From a virus (taxonomy: Duplodnaviria > Heunggongvirae > Uroviricota > Caudoviricetes), in the IMG/VR virus record IMGVR_UViG_3300045988_087472, positions 1-31,536 of that record: a stretch of 31,536 bases of DNA, one strand, 5' to 3'. Shown piece after piece: positions 26,275 to 31,536 of this stretch (position 1 is its first letter; each line of letters starts with the position of its first letter). Made by a program: the position numbers and the translations under genes. Under the pieces are notes generated by a model. It was not told the origin of the DNA. It did not search any database and saw only the letters and a program-made list of their open reading frames with translations.

Positions 26275-27350
26275 ACGATAACGTCACGCTACGGGTAAAT
26301 GGCCGGGAGTGGAATGGCTGGACATCGGTGCGCATCGGTGCCGGTATTGAACGGCTGGCGCGGGATTTCAGTGTGGAGATCACCCGCCAGTGGCCGGGAG
26401 ATGAGGGTATCACCACGCTTCAGCCGCGCATTAAAAACGGTTCAAAAGTGGAAGTGCTGATTGGTGATGAGCGGGTGATCACCGGCTGGGTGGAGGCGAC
26501 TCCCGTTCGTTACGATGCCCGTTCGGTCAGCACCGGTATTGCCGGACGCAGTCTGACCGCTGACCTGATTGACTGTGCAGCCGAACCGACACAGTTTAAC
26601 GGACGATCGCTGGTACAGATTGCGCAGGCGCTTGCTGCGCCTTTCGGCATTGAGGTGGTGAACAGCGGTGCGCCGTCGGGTGTTATTCCTGATGTCCAGC
26701 CTGATCACGGTGAAACGGTGATTGAGGTAATCAACAAAATACTCGGTCAGCAGCAGGCACTGGCTTACGACGATCCGCACGGCAGGCTGGTGATTGGCGG
26801 TATTGGCTCAACGCGGGCACATACCGCGCTGGTACTTGGGGAAAACATCCTTTCCTGCGATACGGAGAAGAGTATCCGGGAGCGGTTTTCTGTTTACCAG
26901 GTGGCGGGGCAGCGTGCCGGAAACGACGATGATTTCGGTGAGGCCACCACCACCGCGCTGCGGGCCCGCACAGAGGACGCATTTATTGCCCGTTACCGTC
27001 CGATGTATATCAGGCAGACAGGGCAGGCTACGGGGGCAGGCTGTATTGCGCGTGCTGACTTTGAAGCCCGGCAACGGGCGGCGCGGACGGATGAAACCAC
27101 CTATGTGGTGCAGGGCTGGCGACAGGGTAACGGTACGCTGTGGCAACCCAACCAGCGGGTGATTGTCTTTGATCCGGTCTGTGGTTTTGACAATACCGAA
27201 CTGCTTGTTTCGGAAGTCACGTTTACTCAGGACCAGAACGGCACCCTGACGGAAATCCGTGTCGGCCCGCCTGATGCTTATCTGCCTGAACCTGAAGACC
27301 CCGGCGCGCGGAAAAAGAAAAAAGCCAGAGTACAGGAGGACCCGTTCTGA
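26271..27350 (+). CDS. Baseplate hub protein (Mu gpP / gp44-like, 359 aa)
   Basis: Position in a conserved Mu-like baseplate cluster and size. Confidence 0.75.
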   Translation: MNDNVTLRVNGREWNGWTSVRIGAGIERLARDFSVEITRQWPGDEGITTLQPRIKNGSKVEVLIGDERVITGWVEATPVRYDARSVSTGIAGRSLTADLIDCAAEPTQFNGRSLVQIAQALAAPFGIEVVNSGAPSGVIPDVQPDHGETVIEVINKILGQQQALAYDDPHGRLVIGGIGSTRAHTALVLGENILSCDTEKSIRERFSVYQVAGQRAGNDDDFGEATTTALRARTEDAFIARYRPMYIRQTGQATGAGCIARADFEARQRAARTDETTYVVQGWRQGNGTLWQPNQRVIVFDPVCGFDNTELLVSEVTFTQDQNGTLTEIRVGPPDAYLPEPEDPGARKKKKARVQEDPF

Positions 27351-27898
27351 TGAGGACGATTGAAGCCATGCAGCGACAACTTCTCGGCCTGATTGGGCGG
27401 GCAGTGGTGAAAAGCATCAGTGCCGCCACGAAATGTCAGACCGTGGATGTGTCCCTGATTGCCGGTGAACCCAAAGCCGGGGTTGAACATCTTGAACCCT
27501 ACGGTTTTACCGCAAGGGCAAACAGCGGTGCGGAAGCGGTGGTGTTGTTTCCGGATGGCGACCGTTCTCATGCGGTGGTTGTTACGGTGTCGGACCGGCG
27601 CTACCGCCTGAAAGGGCTGCATACGGGGGAGGTGGCTGTCTATGACGATCAGGGGCAGTCCGTGACGCTGACCCGGGAGGGGATCGTGGTGGACGGTGCA
27701 GGTAAAACAATCACGTTTCGCAATGCGCCTAAGGCTCGTTTTGAAATGGACCTGGAAGTGACCGGACAGGTGAAAGACCTGTGCGACTCCACCGGCACCA
27801 CCATGTCAGCGATGCGGCTTGCCTATAACGGGCATCGTCACAGAGAGAACGGTCAGGGCAGTAACACCGACAAACCTGATAAAGCGATGGAGGCATGA
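27350..27898 (+). CDS. Baseplate spike / assembly protein V-like (Mu gp45-like, 182 aa)
   Basis: Position and size. Confidence 0.7.
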   Translation: MRTIEAMQRQLLGLIGRAVVKSISAATKCQTVDVSLIAGEPKAGVEHLEPYGFTARANSGAEAVVLFPDGDRSHAVVVTVSDRRYRLKGLHTGEVAVYDDQGQSVTLTREGIVVDGAGKTITFRNAPKARFEMDLEVTGQVKDLCDSTGTTMSAMRLAYNGHRHRENGQGSNTDKPDKAMEA

Positions 27899-28323
27899 TG
27901 GAACTGTGGCTGACGGTGAACGGTAAACGCACCTGCGCCAGCGCACCGCTGGATCCGCTGACCCGCGCCGTGGTGATTTCCCTGTTTACCTGGCGGCGGG
28001 CGGAGCCTGATGACAACGCCGACGTCCCGATGGGATGGTGGGGGGATACCTGGCCTGCGGTACAGAATGACCGTTACGGCTCCCGACTGTGGCTGCTTCA
28101 GCGCAGCAAACTGACCAATCAGCTGGTGCAGACGGTAAGGGGATATATCCGCGAATGCCTGCAATGGATGATTGATGACGGCGTGGTGTCCCGTATTGAT
28201 CTGGATATCCGCCGCACCGGGATTAATGAGCTGGGTAACAGTATCACCCTCTGGCGTCGTGACGGACCGGTAATGATTTCTTTTGATGATCTGTGGAGTG
28301 CGATAACGCATGGCGGACAGTGA
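27895..28323 (+). CDS. GP46-family baseplate protein (142 aa)
   Basis: Position and size. Confidence 0.7.
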   Translation: MMELWLTVNGKRTCASAPLDPLTRAVVISLFTWRRAEPDDNADVPMGWWGDTWPAVQNDRYGSRLWLLQRSKLTNQLVQTVRGYIRECLQWMIDDGVVSRIDLDIRRTGINELGNSITLWRRDGPVMISFDDLWSAITHGGQ

Positions 28324-29368
28324 ATTTCAACGCCCGACGCTGGCAGAAAATATCAGTATGCTCCGTAACGATTTATTCGCCAGGCTGGACGTCAGCGACA
28401 CGCTCCGGCGCATGGATGAAGACGTGCGGGCAAAGGTGTATGCGGCGGCGCTGCATACGGTTTACGGTTACATCGATTATCTGGCAATGAACATGCTGCC
28501 TGACCTGTGCGATGAGTCCTGGCTGGCGCGACATGCTGCGATGAAACGGTGTCCGCGCAAGGGGGCCACGTCTGCCAGCGGGTATATGCGCTGGGAAGGT
28601 GTCAGCGATGGCCTGAAGGTGACCGCCGGGAGTGTTATTCAGCGCGATGACCTGGTTCAGTACACGACAACTGACGATGCAACCAGCTCCGGTGGTGTCC
28701 TGCGCGTGCCGATCGCCTGCTCAAGTGCAGGTGCGGTCGGTAACGCTGACGACGGTACGGCATTAATCCTGGTCACGCCGGTGAATGGTCTGCCGTCTTC
28801 CGGTGTGGCTGACACCATTACAGGCGGATTTGATACTGAAGAGCTGGAAACGTGGCGCGCCCGCGTCATTGAGCGGTATTACTGGACGCCGCAGGGCGGG
28901 GCTGACGGGGACTATGTCGTTTGGGCTAAAGAAGTGCCCGGCATTACCCGCGCATGGACATACCGTCACTGGATGGGAACGGGAACTGTCGGTGTGATGA
29001 TTGCCAGCAGTGACCTGATTAATCCCATTCCGGAAGAATCAACGGAAACGGCAGCAAGACAACATATCGGGCCACTGGCCCCGGTGGCAGGCTCTGATTT
29101 GTATGTATTCAGGCCGGTGGCACATACGGTGGATTTTCATATCCGCGTGACGCCGGACACACCAGAAATACGGGCTGCCATTACCGCGGAGTTGCGTTCG
29201 TTCCTGCTGCGTGATGGTTATCCGCAGGGAGAACTGAAGGTATCGCGTATCAGTGAGGCGATTTCCGGTGCGAACGGGGAATACAGCCATCAGTTGCTTG
29301 CACCGGTGGACAATATCTCCATTGCGAAAAACGAACTGGCGGTACTGGGGACGATTTCATGGACGTGA
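28310..29368 (+). CDS. Baseplate J-like protein (Mu gp47-like, 352 aa)
   Basis: Size and position. Confidence 0.8.
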   Translation: MADSEFQRPTLAENISMLRNDLFARLDVSDTLRRMDEDVRAKVYAAALHTVYGYIDYLAMNMLPDLCDESWLARHAAMKRCPRKGATSASGYMRWEGVSDGLKVTAGSVIQRDDLVQYTTTDDATSSGGVLRVPIACSSAGAVGNADDGTALILVTPVNGLPSSGVADTITGGFDTEELETWRARVIERYYWTPQGGADGDYVVWAKEVPGITRAWTYRHWMGTGTVGVMIASSDLINPIPEESTETAARQHIGPLAPVAGSDLYVFRPVAHTVDFHIRVTPDTPEIRAAITAELRSFLLRDGYPQGELKVSRISEAISGANGEYSHQLLAPVDNISIAKNELAVLGTISWT

Positions 29369-29943
29369 CAAACGATGATTACATCCGCCTGTTATCGGCA
29401 CTGTTGCCGCCCGGTCCGGCGTGGTCAGCCAGCGATCCGGCGATTGCCGGTGCGGCACCGTCATTAACCCGTGTTCATCAGCGTGCGGATGCCCTGATGC
29501 GGGAGCTGGATCCGCGCACCACCACTGAACTGATAAACCGCTGGGAGCGTCTGTGCGGTCTGCCGGATGAATGTATTCCCGCAGGGACACAGACCCTTCG
29601 TCAGCGTCAGCAACGGCTGGATGCGAAGGTTAACCTGGCGGGCAGCATCAACGAGAATTTTTATCTTGCACAGCTTGCTGCCCTGGGCAGACCAGATGCC
29701 AACATCACGCGATACGACAAAAGCACGTTCACCTGCTCATCGGTCTGTACTGACGCGGTGAATGCGCCGGAATGGCGGTATTACTGGCAGGTCAACATGC
29801 CAGCCGCCACAAACACCACCTGGATGACATGTGGCGATCCCTGTGATTCCGCGCTGCGTATCTGGGGCGACACCGTTGTCGAATGTGTGCTTAACAAACT
29901 CTGCCCGTCGCATACCTACGTAATTTTTAAATATCCGGAGTAA
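29359..29943 (+). CDS. DUF2313 tail protein (Mu gp48 / YmfQ-like, 194 aa)
   Basis: Position after the J-like gene and before the fibre gene. Confidence 0.7.
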   Translation: MDVTNDDYIRLLSALLPPGPAWSASDPAIAGAAPSLTRVHQRADALMRELDPRTTTELINRWERLCGLPDECIPAGTQTLRQRQQRLDAKVNLAGSINENFYLAQLAALGRPDANITRYDKSTFTCSSVCTDAVNAPEWRYYWQVNMPAATNTTWMTCGDPCDSALRIWGDTVVECVLNKLCPSHTYVIFKYPE

Positions 29944-29946
29944 TCC

Positions 29947-30768
29947 ATGCATCGTATAGACACGAAAACCGCGCAGAAGGATAAGTTCGGCGCGGGTAAG
30001 AACGGTTTTACCCGTGGTAACCCCCAGACCGGCACACCTGCCACCGATCTGGATGATGACTACTTTGACATGTTGCAGGAGGAACTTTGCAGTGTTGTGG
30101 AGGCATCCGGTGCCAGCCTAGAGAAGGGGCGGCATGACCAGCTGCTTACAGCGCTTCGTGCGCTGCTGTTAAGCCGCAAGAATCCGTTTGGCGATATCAA
30201 ATCGGATGGCACGGTGAAAACGGCTCTCGAAAACCTTGGTTTGGGAGAAGGTGCTCCAGCTATTGGCGTTCCGTTCTTCTGGCCGTCCGCCGCAATGCCA
30301 AATACTGTAATCGACAGTTGGTCCAGTATGGTGTTTTTGAAGTTCAACGGCGCGAAATTCTCTGCCACTGATTACCCTGTGCTGGCGAAAGTGTTTCCGG
30401 CGCTAGCATTACCTGACGCACGGGGTGATTTCATTCGTATCTGGGATGATGGGCGCGGGATTGATGTCGGACGTACCCTACTTTCAGGGCAATCACACAC
30501 AATTATGGATCATGCACACAATATGGAATTGTGGACGGGGGACGGGCTTGCCGCAGGAAGTGCACGGGAAGGAGTAAACCCAGGAATACTGGCTACATAC
30601 GGTGACGGGGGAATAGTTAAAACGGACGAACCCGGTCTTAAGGTGCCTTCCTCACTACGAGCTCTTAGCTCTCGTAGTGTTAAACGTTATGGTGAAATTA
30701 GTGGAAATGTAGATACAGAAACCCGTCCACGAAATATTGCATTTAACTTTCTGGTGAGGGCTAAATAA
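29947..30768 (+). CDS. Tail fibre protein with conserved N-terminal region and AT-richer variable C-terminal region (273 aa)
   Basis: Followed by a tail fibre assembly gene; composition shifts within the gene. Confidence 0.75.
   Translation: MHRIDTKTAQKDKFGAGKNGFTRGNPQTGTPATDLDDDYFDMLQEELCSVVEASGASLEKGRHDQLLTALRALLLSRKNPFGDIKSDGTVKTALENLGLGEGAPAIGVPFFWPSAAMPNTVIDSWSSMVFLKFNGAKFSATDYPVLAKVFPALALPDARGDFIRIWDDGRGIDVGRTLLSGQSHTIMDHAHNMELWTGDGLAAGSAREGVNPGILATYGDGGIVKTDEPGLKVPSSLRALSSRSVKRYGEISGNVDTETRPRNIAFNFLVRAK
30224..30249. other. Candidate serine-invertase crossover site (hix/gix-like): CTCTCGAAAACC-TT-GGTTTGGGAGAA, two imperfect inverted 12-bp half-sites around a 2-bp core
   Basis: About 20 of 26 positions match the recalled hixL sequence; sits inside the tail fibre gene, where Mu/P1/e14-type sites lie. 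Confidence 0.45.
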
Positions 30769-31361
30769 TGATACCTGTTTTTGATGAAAATGGGCTGGCT
30801 ACAGTGCCGGGCGATATGCGTTGTTTTTATTATAATGCAGTAACGTATGAATATACCGGCTGGGCTGATGAATATATTAATACTGGCGGAAGTATACCCG
30901 CCTGTTCCACTGGTATTGACCCGGGCGAAAACATCCCGGGAAAAGTGGCAGTATTTACGGGTAAGGGATGGAGCCATGAAGAAGACCATCGCAATGAGAC
31001 CGTTTACTCAACTGAAAATGGCGCAGCTGTTACAGTGGATTATATCGGTGCCATCAAAGACGGTTATGTCACGCTTTCACCGTTAACGCCATACGATAAA
31101 TGGGATGGTGAGAAATGGGTGACGGATACCGAGGCACAGCATAGCGCCGCAGTAGAAGCGGCAGAAGCACAGCGCCAGTCGCTGATTGATGCTGCAATGG
31201 CTTCCATCAGTCTGATTCAACTGAAATTACAGGCTGGGCGGAAGCTGACGCAGCCAGAAAACACCCGACTTAACGCTGTGCTGGATTACATTGACGCGGT
31301 GACGGCAACAGATACCAGCACAGCGCCGGACGTCATCTGGCCTGAACTGCCGGAGGCGTAG
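30768..31361 (+). CDS. Tail fibre assembly protein (Tfa, 197 aa)
   Basis: C-terminal LDYIDAVTATDTSTAPDVIWP motif typical of Tfa chaperones; immediately follows the fibre gene. Confidence 0.8.
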   Translation: MIPVFDENGLATVPGDMRCFYYNAVTYEYTGWADEYINTGGSIPACSTGIDPGENIPGKVAVFTGKGWSHEEDHRNETVYSTENGAAVTVDYIGAIKDGYVTLSPLTPYDKWDGEKWVTDTEAQHSAAVEAAEAQRQSLIDAAMASISLIQLKLQAGRKLTQPENTRLNAVLDYIDAVTATDTSTAPDVIWPELPEA

Positions 31362-31536
31362 ACCATTCAATATCTGGCGCACCGGAAGTATCGACCAGTT
31401 CCAGTGCGTCCAGATAATCCAGCCACAAATTATATTGCGCCAGTTCCTCACCTTTCAGGTAAGCGTAAACTGACCGCCGTATGTAGCCATCAGACGAGAA
31501 TTGGTAACTTAGACGCCCATCTGATATAGACGGACA
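31333..31536 (-). CDS. C-terminal part of a second, convergent tail fibre assembly paralog (gene start lies beyond the window end)
   Basis: Minus-strand frame open from the window edge to the stop at 31335..31333; ends ...YNLWLDYLDALELVDTSGAPDIEWSTPPAVQAR, paralogous to the plus-strand Tfa C-terminus. Confidence 0.6.
   Translation of the reverse strand, partial: CPSISDGRLSYQFSSDGYIRRSVYAYLKGEELAQYNLWLDYLDALELVDTSGAPDIEWSTPPAVQAR

Noticed and set aside
1-31536. Integrase, excisionase, attachment sites, tRNA or rRNA genes
   Set aside because: No tyrosine or serine recombinase ORF, tRNA-like cloverleaf or attachment-site repeat was recognised; the prophage ends lie outside the window.

Overview
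This window is the central part of a mosaic temperate prophage of an enterobacterial host, running from the early-left genes to the tail fibres; no integrase or attachment site is in the window. Left to right: three leftward early genes (HD-domain YfdR-like, DUF2303 YfdQ-like, YfdP-like); a structured GC-rich non-coding stretch and two small convergent ORFs; a lambdoid immunity switch (CI-type S24 repressor, divergent Cro-like and CII-like genes, clustered CTTAGTT repeats); a replication initiator with iteron-like repeats inside its coding sequence; PerC-like, LexA-DNA-binding-domain-only, RusA, KilA-N and DUF968 genes; a Q-like antiterminator with a candidate late promoter and terminator; a lysis cassette (two membrane proteins, GH19 endolysin, overlapping spanins); an AT-rich moron with its own terminator; HNH endonuclease, small and large terminase, portal, prohead protease and HK97-type major capsid; head-tail joining genes; and a Mu-like contractile tail (sheath, tube, frameshifted chaperone, tape measure, DNA-circularization protein, baseplate gp44-48-like set, tail fibre, fibre assembly gene plus a convergent paralogous partial copy). 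The overall layout resembles SfV/CPS-53-type phages. All family assignments are from motifs I recognise in the translated ORFs, not from database searches. The strongest candidates for undescribed biology are the structured element and small genes beside the repressor, the LexA-like DNA-binding-domain-only protein, the AT-rich late-region moron with a HEPN-like R-x4-H motif, and a hix/gix-like recombination site inside the tail-fibre gene.
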